64,000 nt of DNA from Octopus sinensis (Eukaryota), in the NCBI RefSeq assembly GCF_006345805.1, contig NC_043012.1, positions 52,080,001 through 52,144,000 on the forward strand. Reading direction: 5' to 3'. The translations under genes were made by a program, and so were the position numbers. The notes below the pieces were generated by a model. The model had not been told where the DNA came from. It saw only the letters and a program-made list of their open reading frames with translations, and ran no database searches. This document shows positions 27,571-40,557 of the stretch, piece after piece. Positions within the stretch are counted from its first letter, which is position 1. Each line of letters opens with the position of its first letter.

Positions 27571-28945
27571 TGAATTATTAATTTCAAGTAGAAACTGTAA
27601 TTTGCATCCGTATATCATTCCGAAAGTTAAAGAGTTTCTAGGTTTGAAATGAAGCTTAAATGATGTATGGGTGCGATATTGCTACACGACTGGCGTTATA
27701 TGGATTTTACACTTCAGATATCTATACTCTAGTTATATCCAGTATAGTTTTATGTTATAAACATTTAGGAAATAACATTGCATATGCTATGTCCCGGCTT
27801 GATATATAATTTAATTGCTTAACGTAGCATTGATATTATACAACATCTTCTTAGATCCCCATACAATTACGCTAATAAGAAAGCTTATTAGATGATATGT
27901 CATTCCAAATTAGTGGTTTTGGGATTTAATCATTATAATCTTCAGTCACTTTGATAATTAGCACTCTAAATTAACCCTATTAAATTGAGGATGTAAATGT
28001 TTCTGAAATACAATTGCTTACAATAATAGTTATCTTTATGGCAACAGTATCCATTGATTATTGTAAAATGTTAATATGAATATGAATCGTTTACATCACC
28101 TCACAAGTCTCAAACTCGTATTCTATGTAAATTACTATTTGATAACTTTTACCCTACATACTGCTGAAGTTACAGTTTTATGTGATGAAAAAGTGTGAGC
28201 TTATTGCTGCATGATAAGGTCTAACAGACGGAAAGACCACCGTATTTGTTATCCTCAGCTGCAAGGATCAGATTGCCCTTTTCCTCCAGCCATATGAATT
28301 AACGTGAATAACATCAATGTGGAACGTTGATATCGATATTATAGGTTTCAGTCTTAATACTGAGTGACTGTTTATCGAAGACAAAAAGCTGAAGAAGTAT
28401 TAAAGACGATGGTGAGAGTTTAACATGTATAGTATTCATGAAGAAATAGGGAAACAAAATGTCAGTGTATGTCTGCGTGTGTGTGTATGTGTATACGCCC
28501 GCATGCGAGAATGTTTCACCGGGATAAATGAGAAATACTAGTGAAGGTAAGAATAAAAGATCCTCTCAGATCTCAACTCGGATCAGTTGCTGGCCATCAC
28601 GTTACGGAACGTCTGCTACTCCATCTTCTGAAATTATATTTAAAATAACTGAAATTTTCTGTTATATTCACTGTACTAACTTGGCCACCACCAGTCTCTC
28701 AGTGGTAGCCGGATAGATTATTTAGATAAAGTACACCATTGCACGAAGTACTACCGTCGAGCGAATTTTTGCAATAAAAGTAGTCCCCGTATTCAAATTC
28801 AGTTGCTTTTATATTAAAATATAACCACCTACGTGAAACAGGAACTCAATAGTATAGTGCAGGGAATTTACTAACTTTAAATTTTAGTACAGTTCTATAT
28901 TTAAGAGATGAGGAATTATGTACATTATTTATATTTGACGCCCAC

Positions 28946-29016
28946 GGGCATATGGCGTACTGGTTAAGAATGCAGGTTACTAACCCCAAGATTCCGAGTT
29001 CGATTCCAGGCAGTGA

Positions 29017-29086
<70 letters not shown>

Positions 29087-29227
29087 TTCGAAAAATAGCA
29101 TAGGAATGAGAACCCAGGTTCGAAATTTCCCAGGACACCTGATGAAGGGAGGAGAGTATGTCAGCCGAAACGTTGTGTTAACAACAAACAAGATGAGGAC
29201 AAATATCCGTAAAATGTAAATAATGTT
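28946..29227 (+). mobile_element. tRNA-headed SINE (family F) with internal (AAT)n and 3' hammerhead motif
   Basis: A-box-like TGGCGTACTGG (28953), B-box GTTCGATTCC (28998-29007), (AAT)n at 29021-29086, hammerhead motif at 29134-29179. Confidence 0.8.
29134..29179 (+). ncRNA. Minimal type I hammerhead motif (stem II decayed in this copy)
   Basis: GACAC-CTGATGA-A-GGGAG..CAGCC-GAA-ACGT-T|GTGTT: stem I GACAC/GTGTT, intact core, palindromic ACGT stem III; stem II has 2 mismatches. Confidence 0.65.
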
Positions 29228-30559
29228 TAAATTTTAGAAACAGATTCTTGTGACAGTGTTATTTTGGTATTGATATAGTTTAGTCTATTGGTGCGGGTGA
29301 AACGGTAGCACAATGGCCTGAATCACCAGTAGTATTTACCTCTCATCGCACAAATACCGCCATAGATCTGCTTTTATCTCAGAGTTCAATAACCACTCAT
29401 TTACAGATATTCGTCCATGAATTATACCCTTCCTACTAAACAATTGTTTGTTTACCTTTACCAGTGTTATAGCCTTAAAACAACTTCAATTAAGATGACT
29501 CAGGAGCCCATACGATGCAGTTATTTCCGTTCCGTATTTTCATCAAGCAATGTGTTTCTAACCGATGTGACCTGGTAGTATGCAATGTTTGGTAGATGCG
29601 GCTGCTACGTCTTACAGAACGAGTAACCACGTAGATTAAGCTGGTGAAGTGCCAGAAATAGGTGTGCTAATGTGGTAGTGAGTCTTCAGTACAAAGCTAG
29701 TGTTGTGTGACTTCTGGGAGATTCTAGTGGGTGCAGACTCGCAAAGACTTCTCCGTTCATTAAGGAAACTGCATGTCATAAAACTGCTGTCGATTCATTC
29801 GACTATATGCTTACCTCATAAATCTACGTTTATATAAAAATGTGTGTGTGTGTGTTTGTGTGTTTGTGTATGCTTATTTGTACACATACGTGTGTGCATG
29901 TTCAACTAAAAAAAATGCAATATATTATTACAACGCAGATTCTTCAGGTTAGATTATAAATATATAGCTTAAACTAGCCTAATCTAAGACGCGATCCACA
30001 TCGTTTTGCTGTAATAGACACGAAATCGGTGAGCAGCATTAGGTTGCGTTCCGTTAATGCTTTCGTTATCGACGTACTGATCCGGAAGGAAGTGGACTGG
30101 TTAGAAATCTAATATTTTCAAGATTATGCAGACAGAGAGCGATAGAAACGGGAATTGATTGTGAGCCAATTCCGTCTTATCGTAATACCTGCATCTCTCT
30201 GATAGGACAGCAGTTCTGCCATTACTTAAAGCCAAGCCAAATAGCTGCCAGCATTTGGTGACGCTGGTTGACCACGTGGTGAAATACGTCTCCGTTGTCC
30301 TGGTAATACACAAATTAAGTATCTCGTCTCAAAATCCCCCTTTGTTTCCTTAGGTTTTATTTCATCGTTTTTATTTAGTTTTCAAATTTGCCATCAGTTT
30401 TACATCTGAAATCAATTTCTCATTGTTCCATTTCTCATTCTGATGCGGTCTTCTACTTCCCTTCCTCCTCTCCATCTCTTTTCATTTATTTATTTAACTA
30501 TTTATTTATTGCCAATATTTTTACTTTTATATTTCTTTCTTTCTGTTTATCAGTTCTTC

Positions 30560-30721
30560 CTTTTGTTTCCCCTATTTGCCATCCATTTCTCCACTTCTAT
30601 CTTCCTGTCTCTCTTTTAACGCTCTCATCTCTCTCTATCTCAATCTCTCTCTCTCCCTCTCTCTCTCTCTTTCTCTCTATCTCACTCTATTTCTATCTCA
30701 CTCTCTCTCTCTCACTCATTC

Positions 30722-30756
<35 letters not shown>

Positions 30757-30825
30757 GTCTTTGTCTCTCTCTCTATCTCTCGCTCGCTCTATTTATCTAG
30801 TTATCTAGCTAGCTAGCTATCCATA
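30560..30825. repeat. (CT)n/(TTTC)n pyrimidine-rich microsatellite
   Basis: Direct repeats. Confidence 0.9.
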
Positions 30826-31199
30826 TATGTGTGAGTTTGTATATGTTTGTGTCTGTGGTGCACCCGCGCGTGTGTGTAATCTTTGTCATTTGCTTTTTGT
30901 CTTTCAATTTGTGTATTTTTTCGTTGTTAATTTCAACGTAGCACAATTTTATTATTATTTTTGTCTATGTTTTCGCCCACATCATTATCACCTCATCAAC
31001 TTTGGTCACAAACTGATGTATTAATACAATGTGTAAATGCATCTAAATCTTGTGTGCTTACTTCAGTGCATACCATTTCTTTTTACATTCCAATATCATA
31101 GATTCTTCGTCATTATCGACGATGACCGCCAATATATCAAGTCCCGAGTTTCAGAACGGATAGATCGCAAGGAAGATAAACTGATACAGATGCTGTGAT

Positions 31200-31570
31200 T
31201 TTATTGTGGATAATAATGTATAGAAACCTGGTGTTACGTTTAACAGCAAACTGGTATCTCAGATGCAGTCAACACTGATTTCTCGGAGCTCTAGTGACCT
31301 AAAATGAGCAGAGTATTTCATTTTGCTAAGCCTATCAGGGAGCCCAGAATTTCACAAGTCTGACTGTTCTTATTCCATACAAGATAATCTACCATTCTCC
31401 TTGATGGTGGTGTTTCTGAACTAGACTTCCCAGTAGATATTCTTGATGATGTTTAGGTGTCCCACCATGATTGTATGCAGCTGTCCTAGGTTTAGAGCAA
31501 CATAACGTTCATTCCTCTCCACCATACAGTAGCATGGAAAATAATATCACTCTCCACATTTTTGACTTTA
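31200..31570 (-). mobile_element. RTE-clade LINE fragment (post-RT region), decayed
   Basis: Minus strand KMWRVILFSMLLYGGEE*TL resembles RTE 'YRAIVLSTLLYGxESWTL'; downstream pieces PDRLSKMKYS and HLRYQ resemble 'DRLPKQILYS' and 'RLRYKD'. Confidence 0.55.
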
Positions 31571-31950
31571 GATTGAATATCATAGGTTCTTCGTGGTATC
31601 GACGATGACCGCCAAAATATCAAGTCGCGAGTTTCAGAATGGATAGATCTCCCTTGGAGATTACAAATTTTCGTTTGCTTAGTTGAACTTCCAAATTCTG
31701 CGACAAATTTTCGAACCTACTGGCTGCTGCTTTCTTTCAAGGGTGATCGGTTCAGTTTGTACGCATCACATAGATTTCAACACAAGTTAGCTAACTAAAT
31801 ATTTAATCTGCTTGATGTTAAAGCCCTAATATTTACATGTGGGAGTGTGCGTATAAATATATAAGCAAAAATTGAAATGTATGTGTGCATATGTATATAT
31901 ATATATTTATACATGAATAAATATGTAAATATGTATATATATATATATAA

Positions 31951-31993
<43 letters not shown>

Positions 31994-32000
31994 AATACAT

Positions 32001-32049
<49 letters not shown>

Positions 32050-32196
32050 TTCCACCGTGGAAGGTGTCTATAAGCCATTTAAGAAACACACTAAATCCGC
32101 TAGGCTCAATTCAACATTTAATTTGTCAAAATATATTCGTCGCTTTTAGACCGCGACCTGTTCACTGTCAAAAATCCGTGCTGCACGCACACACAC

Positions 32197-32236
<40 letters not shown>

Positions 32237-33384
32237 ACATATAGGTAGGGCGATACAAACAGGAAAAATAGAATTCAAAATATCAGTATTTGTATATTTT
32301 CAATAATATTTAGCAAAAGCAATGCAGTGACTCATGTGCTGCAAGTTTTGTGCCTGGCGCTTATCAAACATTGGTAAGTATTAATAGACGAAACACTCGG
32401 CCCTTGCCTCGAATCAATTTGAAATATGAAGATATATATATTTGTGAGTTATATGTTTGTGTGTGTGTGTATGTGTGTGTTCATCAACATAAGCATCACA
32501 TTATATGATTAAATAAGATAGCGATATCTCAATGGTATGCAAACGTATCAAGTTGTTTTTTTTTGTTCTTTACGCTTAGGCCCCTATCATCTTTCCCCAT
32601 ATCTAAGCACATTTAATCTGTGACCATCCTATTTTCATAACAGATGTTATATCTAGGATTGTGTTACCTTACGTGTCCTTCATATTTTAAGATGACAGTG
32701 TGTTATTTGAATGAGATATACCTGCTACATTTCGCAAAGTGAGGTCGAATATAATAAACCTTCCCCATTGAATTATGTTGCAGAGGTTTAATTTAAAATC
32801 TTAGCAAGTATTCTAAATTCAATCTTAATTGTCGTTGAGCAAAAATTATATTTCACGTATGTCACCTTTCTTACTCCAGGAGCCATTTCATTTTACACAA
32901 GCCTAATGCATGCCAGGGAAAGAGAAAGCGTTTGCCATGAAGGCCTATTTTTACACCTGTTAAAATGTAACATATTTATCCGCAGTAGAAAGTATAGCTA
33001 TTATCATCAGAAAATATGTCATGCTGAGAGAGTAGAGCGGGATTCGCGTGTCACTTAAGTGTATTTCATTTCAAATATGCTGCTTCTTCATTTCCTCGTT
33101 ATGGAACATATACAAGCAGTGTCCAAAGGACATACTCTCGGCAGGGAAAACTATAATACACATGAAAACATGGATTTTAGAGAAATTCATACGTGCTGCA
33201 GAAAACAGGACGAAAATATTTTGTGTAAAATCCTTGTCCGAGAGAAAAATTACTAATCTAAATGCTGCATATTAGCAAACATTGAATAGCATAGAACAAA
33301 ATTTTCTACTCGAAGAGAATGCTTTCAGTTATTCTGTTATAATCAGTATTTACTTATGTCACCTTCGACTTCCTTTCAAAGGTG

Positions 33385-33431
<47 letters not shown>

Positions 33432-33474
33432 ATAGATATTTATGTATATATATATATATACATAATATATATGC

Positions 33475-33517
<43 letters not shown>

Positions 33518-33534
33518 GTAGGTATGTAAACATG

Positions 33535-33722
33535 TGTGTGTGTCTGCGTTTGTGTCCCCCACCAGCACTTGACAGCCGGTACTGGTGAGTTTCCGTCCCC
33601 GTAACTTAACGTTTCGTCAAAGGAAGTTGATAAAATAAGTCCTGGGTTCCATCTGTTCGACTAGTGGCGGTGCTCCACAATCGCCGCAGTCAAACGACTG
33701 AAGCAAATAAAAGAATAAAAGC
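33535..33722 (+). mobile_element. SINE family A, 3' half
   Basis: gtgtccccaccagcacttgac...ggcggtgctcc...gactgaagcaaataaaagaata. Confidence 0.8.
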
Positions 33723-33962
33723 GTGAAATAGTTGGTTTCGAGTCTTGTTGACTTCTATTTCTAGCGTGTTGGTATTTTTTCCAAGTCCTCTTCGTTATGA
33801 TATTTGTATGTATAATTATAAATCTATATTAATATTTTGAATTTCATGCTGGCTATTGATATTATTATTTTTATTTCTAAATAATAATAATAATAATTAT
33901 TATATATATATAGAGATAATAATTCTCTAAACGAGTAACTGCTCCATAACAGTAACTGCTCC

Positions 33963-34661
33963 ATAACATGAGGGACATCAGCCATCTGAATGTGGCTAGG
34001 GACAGGGCAGGGCGGTGGGGGTGTTACTGATGCATTTAGCCCCAGGCGATCATCAACGTCACCAGGAGGGCTGACACCATCACGGTGTCCTCTAGCCTGC
34101 AAAGGGAGATCATTCCCCGAAGAAGCGGATGCCACATACGGACCTAGGTTTCAAGGTATTTGCCTATTATCAACGCATGGCAGGCACCGCTCTCCGATGA
34201 ATAACTCTCTGTGCAGGCTATATTTAAAGATTTTCACAGTAAATACATTTACTGATGTAGAAAATCCGTTCGAAAGCAATAATAATTCTCTAAACGAGAT
34301 ATAAACAGTAACTGCTCCATAACATGAGGGACATCAGCCATCTGAATGTGGCTTTCGAACGGATTTTCTACATCAGTAAATGTATTTACTGTGAAAATCT
34401 TTAAATATAGCCTGCACAGAGAGTTATTCATCGGAGAGCGGTGCCTGCCATGCGTTGATAATAGGCAAATACCTTGAAACCTAGGTCCGTATGTGGCATC
34501 CGCTTCTTCGGGGAATGATCTCCCTTTGCAGGCTAGAGGACACCGTGATGGTGTCAGCCCTCCTGGTGACGTTGATGATCGCCTGGGGCTAAATGTATCA
34601 GTAACACCCCCACCGCCCTGCCCTGTCCCTAGCCACATTCAGATGGCTGATGTCCCTCATG

Positions 34662-34665
<4 letters not shown>
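33963..34665. repeat. 315-bp near-perfect inverted repeat with 73-bp spacer
   Basis: 33963-34277 is the reverse complement of 34351-34665 (one substitution seen: gatGcattt vs gatAcattt); spacer 34278-34350 is a direct copy of the unit start. Confidence 0.95.
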
Positions 34666-34696
<31 letters not shown>

Positions 34697-35003
34697 GTTG
34701 AGTTTTATATACATATTTTCCTTATACTTGTTATATTTTCTCCGATGATTGTAGTTCACTACGGAAGTATTTGAACCAAAAGCACATTTTGAGAAGGGCA
34801 AATTGATTGACCTCGTATATATGTGTATGAATGTATGTATGTATATTTTTAAATTCATAATTTAAGGTACCTAAGAGATACTACTACGCTGGGAATTGCA
34901 AACAAACCTGACTCTAAAACCACATTAAATGTTCATACAGCACCAGAGAAGACAAGGGACAAAATAAACTAGCACAAAATTATTGGATAATTCCGAGAAT
35001 TCC

Positions 35004-35063
<60 letters not shown>

Positions 35064-35162
35064 TATATATATATATGTATATATTTTATATGTATATATA
35101 TATATATATATATCTATATACATATATATCTATATATAGATATATATATAATATATATATAT

Positions 35163-35360
35163 ATGGAGAGTTTACGAAAAAAACCAAAAGGCGAAGACAG
35201 GTGGTGTACAAAACAAACATATGTTTTTAGTATAACACTCAGGAATAGAAAACGTATTTTACGTTTCGAGTCTACGCTCTTCTACAGAAAGGGACACAGA
35301 AAAAACAAGGAGAGAAAATATGTGTGTGGTGGCTAACGATCTATCATGGCGTTTGACCAT
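35163..35360 (-). mobile_element. Small Penelope-like/non-autonomous element in (TA)n with variant hammerhead motif (35257-35290)
   Basis: Minus strand TTT-CTGTAGA-A-GAG(cgtaga)CTC-GAA-ACGT-A|AAA; (TA)n on both sides. Confidence 0.5.
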
Positions 35361-35366
35361 GTATGT

Positions 35367-35404
<38 letters not shown>

Positions 35405-35455
35405 AAATACTGATCCAGTACCTAATATTTGGTATGAATAATAATATTCATAATG

Positions 35456-35555
35456 NNNNNNNNNNNNNNNNNNNNNNNNNNNNNNNNNNNNNNNNNNNNN
35501 NNNNNNNNNNNNNNNNNNNNNNNNNNNNNNNNNNNNNNNNNNNNNNNNNNNNNNN
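35456..35555. other. Assembly gap (100 N)
   Basis: Run of exactly 100 N. Confidence 1.
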
Positions 35556-37187
35556 CCGTTAAGTTTACAGCAAAGCTTTCAGGCAATGAGTTAGTCGATT
35601 GCTTCAAGTAACTTGAATGTAATTTATGGGTTGAGAGAGCATAATTAAAAAAGACTTTCATTTTTAACTATCTAGTAGTTTAATATAATATTAAATTCTT
35701 TGTTCAGTTTGCTTCGTTATTTTAACGATGATAATGTGTTTGATTGATTTGAAGAAGAATAGCTGGTTTATCTAGCAGAACAAACAGCTATGTTAAAAAC
35801 TCCATTGTTGCTTCAAATTTATATTTTGATACCAGGTAAAGTGACATGATATTTACTGCACAAGTAAGTTTGAAACCTCAGGCTCTTCCCCGCGGTTTTG
35901 ATTGAAAATGCTTGATGCCAAGGCTCTATTCGGAGATAAGAACTGTTCGCAAGCAATGTTATAGATATGACAGCTTTACTACATCTTTTGATTTACAAAG
36001 CACATTACATTGGGCTGCCCCGTAATCGATTGACAAGCTGGAAGTACCATTCGAATATAATTCAGACACATCCTATAATGTTTATGGAGGGCACATTAAA
36101 TAGTATATCATGCGATAAACTATGCTTGGAAAACAAGAGATATGTTCATAGCTGCAATGATGTTCATCACCTATTTCCTTTTTCAGTGCTAACTGCCAGC
36201 GAAAATGCAACCAAATTGACCACCGGGTTCACATTGATTTAACATGGAGACAGAAGGTTAAAAATATTGCGGAAAATAAACAGTCGAACAGATTGATCCC
36301 AAGCAGCAGACTTTCCAACTGTAACCATCCGATCATTTGAGATTAGCTTGTAACAGATAGGGGCACTAAAGCAGCTAAAACAACTGCGTAGCGTAATTTT
36401 AAGTCGATTGTCCATAATTTTGTAATGCTGACTATTCACATTTCAGTGACTTAGAAAAAGAAAAGAAAACGGAAAGCCTACTTAAAAACCAGTAATATTT
36501 GAACTCAGAGCGTAAAGATCCGCGACAAATACATCAAGATCTCTTTCATTAGACGGTTTCACAATAATGCTAAACTATCTACACGATGAAAGAAAGCCAC
36601 GCATTTTGGGAGAAGATGTAATTGATTTAATCGAACAAAGAGTATTTGACTGATAGTTTCATATCAACTCTGCCCCTAAATTGACAGGTAAAGTTAATCA
36701 CAATGAGATATAACAAACAAGGTATGTGCAACTAAGTAAATACAGCAATTGAATTGCACTGAAAGCACCCTCATCAAGGTAATGATGTTTCACTATTGGA
36801 AAAGAATCTGCAGTTGAAGTGGTTAAATCAGGCATCGATCATAATAAATGTGCTGCCTGCTAACATGTTTGCAGCCACTCGGCTGTGGAGTTGAAGTTCA
36901 TATACACAATACTGTATTTCACATTTCACTCACGAGACAACTAGACAGGTGGAAACATTAAATCATAAGTTTGGCTTTGTTTGAGACTTCGTGTATTTCT
37001 TCTTCGATTAGTCTAGGTCTCTGAGAAAGTTGTGTAAGTATATGTACGCATGTGTATGTGTGTGTTGGTGAGTATATGTGGATGTGTGTTTTTGAGCGTG
37101 TGTATGTGTGCGTATGTGGCATACGTGCGTAGATACATATACACATAAATCTCTCTCTTTGTCTCTCTCTCTCTCTCTCTCTCTCTC

Positions 37188-37244
<57 letters not shown>

Positions 37245-37829
37245 CTGTATATTTGAGATAAAAAGATAAGTACACGTACACACACACAAACATATATATT
37301 ACATTTATATATACGCACATACACACATATATTATATATGTATGTATGTATATAATTATATATATATATATATATATATATTACACATATTATATATTGA
37401 GATAGAAATATAAGTACACACGCACACGTATTTATATGTATGTATATATATATATTTATATATATATACACACACACATATATGTATATATATGTGGGTG
37501 TACATATATGTATATATATATATATGTATGTATGTATGCATGTGTATATATATGTATAATGTACCTAAACGTATTGATGTATACTTATATATATATATAT
37601 AAATGTATGTATGTGTGTGTGTATACATCTATATACAGAAAGAGAGAGGGAGATAGATAGGCATAAAATAAACACATGCGTATGCACACATATGGATAAT
37701 GTGCGAGTGTTTATATTTTTATGTATATATATTATAATACATGCATATACATGTGTGTGTTTGTGTGAGTTTGTGTGTGTGGGGGGGTGAACGGATAGAT
37801 AAATGGAGGGATGGTGTGATGCATACAAG

Positions 37830-38135
37830 CAAAGCTGACATTGGCATTTCTTCGGTTATGACGACGAGCGCTCCAGATGATCCCATCAAAGGAACAACTT
37901 GCTCGTGAAATTAACGTGTAAGTGGTTGAGCACTCCACCAGCCCGTGTACCCTTAACGTAACTCTCGGGGAGATTCAGTGTAATATAGAATGGGACAAGG
38001 CTGGATCTTTGAAATGCAGATAGTTCTCATTTTTGCCAGCTGAGTGGACTGGTCCAATTTAAAATAAAGTATCCTACTCCAGGACACAACGAGACTGGTA
38101 TTGAACTCACGACCTTACGATCGTAAAACAAATAC
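37830..38135 (-). mobile_element. tRNA-derived SINE, family D
   Basis: Reverse complement aligns with 51447-51715 (acgatcgtaaggtcgtgagttcaatacc; cacgttaatttcacgagcaag). Confidence 0.75.
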
Positions 38136-38336
38136 CCGCTCCTTCGAAAGGATACGGAGACGGAGAAATAGATAAAGAAATAAAGGGTTAGATATGCAAG
38201 GTCTGCGTATGCATTTGTGTGCATGGTGTGCGGTTCACTGCCTCTGTGCGTTTGAGCTTATAAAAAATGGTTGCATATTGTGCAAGTTATATTCTCAAAC
38301 TCCACAACAACGACGACAATATAGAAGTGAAACGAA

Positions 38337-38795
38337 GGAGGCGAGCTGGCAGAAACGTTAGCACGTCGGGCGAAATGCGTAGCTGTATTCCGTCTGCCGT
38401 TACGTTCTGAGTTCAAATTCCGCCGAGGTCAACTTTGCCTTTCATCCTTTCGAGGTCGATTATATAAGTACCAGTTACGCACTAGGGTCGATATAATCGA
38501 ATTAATCCGTTTGTCTGTCCTTGTTTGTCCCCTCTGCGTTTAGACCCTGTGGATAGTAAAGAAATAGGTATTTCGTCTGCCGCTACGTTCTAAGGTCGAC
38601 TTTGCTTTTCATCCTTTGGCATTGGGGTCGATGTAATCGACCTGATGCGTTTCTCTGTCCTTGTTTGTCCTCTCTGTGTTTAGCCCCTTGTCTTTACGTT
38701 CTGGTTTCAATTTCCGCCGAGGTCGACTTTGCCTTTCATCTTTTCGGGGTTGATAAATAAGATCCAGTTGCGTACTTGTGCCAAAAGTAGAAAAG
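38337..38795 (+). mobile_element. SINE family B with internally repeated modules and 16-bp TSD
   Basis: Body modules reiterated about 3 times; AATATAGAAGTGAAAC at 38318-38333 and 38796-38811. Confidence 0.9.
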
Positions 38796-39111
38796 AATAT
38801 AGAAGTGAAACATAAGATTAGTAAAATTAGAAATTACAGCTTACAGTATGCAAATTGTTTTCGTTTCTTAAAAATTGTTTTAGTGTGGTAAATATGATAC
38901 GTTTCATTTTATTTTATGTGCTCTATATACAATGCGATGACTCATGCCCATAATACATTGTTCGAGCCATGATCAGACTTTATAAGACAACACACTATAC
39001 TTACTCTCACATATACACATACAAGTCCCTTCAATTACAAATCCAAACATGTAGTTACAGTAAAGAAATTTATATACCTATCTATCTATTTATCTGTCCT
39101 TTTATCTGCTC

Positions 39112-39200
<89 letters not shown>

Positions 39201-39244
39201 CTAATCCATCTGTATATTTGTCTACTCTAGGCTCAAGCCTGAAA

Positions 39245-39350
39245 ATGTTTGGGGAGGGGGTCAGTGGTAATTAAATCATCGACCCCGAGAGGATGAAAGG
39301 CAAAGTCAACCTCGACGGAATTTGTACTCAGAAGAAAAGACAGGCGAATG
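39245..39350 (-). mobile_element. SINE family B fragment
   Basis: gatgaaaggcaaagtcaacctcgacggaatttg is the reverse complement of the family B core. Confidence 0.7.
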
Positions 39351-39531
39351 TATTTGTATATCTATCTACGTATCTTCATACCTCTCTCTCTCTCCATCCC
39401 TCCCCATATCATTCTCCCGCCTTCTCTATATCAAGCAGACGCATCAAGCATACTTACACAGACAAAGATACACAAATTGACATATATATGTATATACGCG
39501 TGTATGTATATGTATATATATATATATATAT

Positions 39532-39572
<41 letters not shown>

Positions 39573-39574
39573 TG

Positions 39575-39870
39575 TGAATAGAAAGATGAATAATCTTGTT
39601 GCCGATTATCAAAAGTTTAACCGATACCTTGGTAGCAAGGTATCGAGTTTGGCCATGGGCTCTTAGGAGCCTCGTTCGATTTGTTTTGCTCCGCTCTGTT
39701 CTGTTTTTGCTTTTTCCAACGGATTTCCTATTTCTTCCTGAAAAGAAAGACACAATATGGTCTCCTTATTCAATCGGAATTTGGTAAATTGTGCCTTTCG
39801 AAACACGTGTAGAATGCAATAAAACGATTTCTGTTCAATCTTCGTTCAACTCCATTCTTCATTCACTAAT
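39575..39870 (+). mobile_element. ~295-bp element between (TA)n tracts carrying a hammerhead motif (39735-39814)
   Basis: TTC-CTGAAAA-GAAAGACACAAT[..]ATTGTGCCTTTC-GAA-ACACGTGT-A|GAA: 11/12-bp stem II, palindromic stem III, one core change (G8 to A). Confidence 0.6.
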
Positions 39871-40557
39871 AATATATATATATATATATATATATAATAA
39901 TATAGAAACATATATATACTGTATGTGTGGGTATTACAGACGTACATATGTATAAACATACATATATATATATATATATAATATATGTTTGTTGTGTTAT
40001 GTTATATATAATGTATGTTATCTATATGTATATATATATATAATACATATATATATATATATATATATAATATATATATATATATAATTTTCAACAATTG
40101 AGGGTAAAATTAATTAATTAATTAATCAATTTCACCAAGTATTCAGTTGCAAGGGACCATTTAGGCAAATAAATTATTAGCATATAGAAAGGGCTTAGTA
40201 AAATAAATTACTTTTTCCCTACTGAACTCGTTAGAATAGCAGCTAAAACAAACTATTTCTAACACTTAAAGAAACCTCTCTCATATAGTGCTTGCTCAAT
40301 AACCCAAGACAGTATGAGGGTAGAACATTAAAAATCAATGCAAGGTTATTTGAGTACGTACGTTCAAGATTAGCCATCGACCCTTCTCTCATCAGCTCAG
40401 AATGCCCTTTTATATAATATATATATATATCTATATATCTATGTATATATAATATATAGTATATATATATATATATATATAATATATAGATATATATATA
40501 TATATATATATCTACATATATATATATATATATATATAATATATATATAATATACAT

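Noticed and set aside
33824-34774. Four ~100-aa ORFs occurring as identical pairs on opposite strands
   Set aside because: A by-product of the inverted repeat in a GC-richer unit; no recognisable domain.
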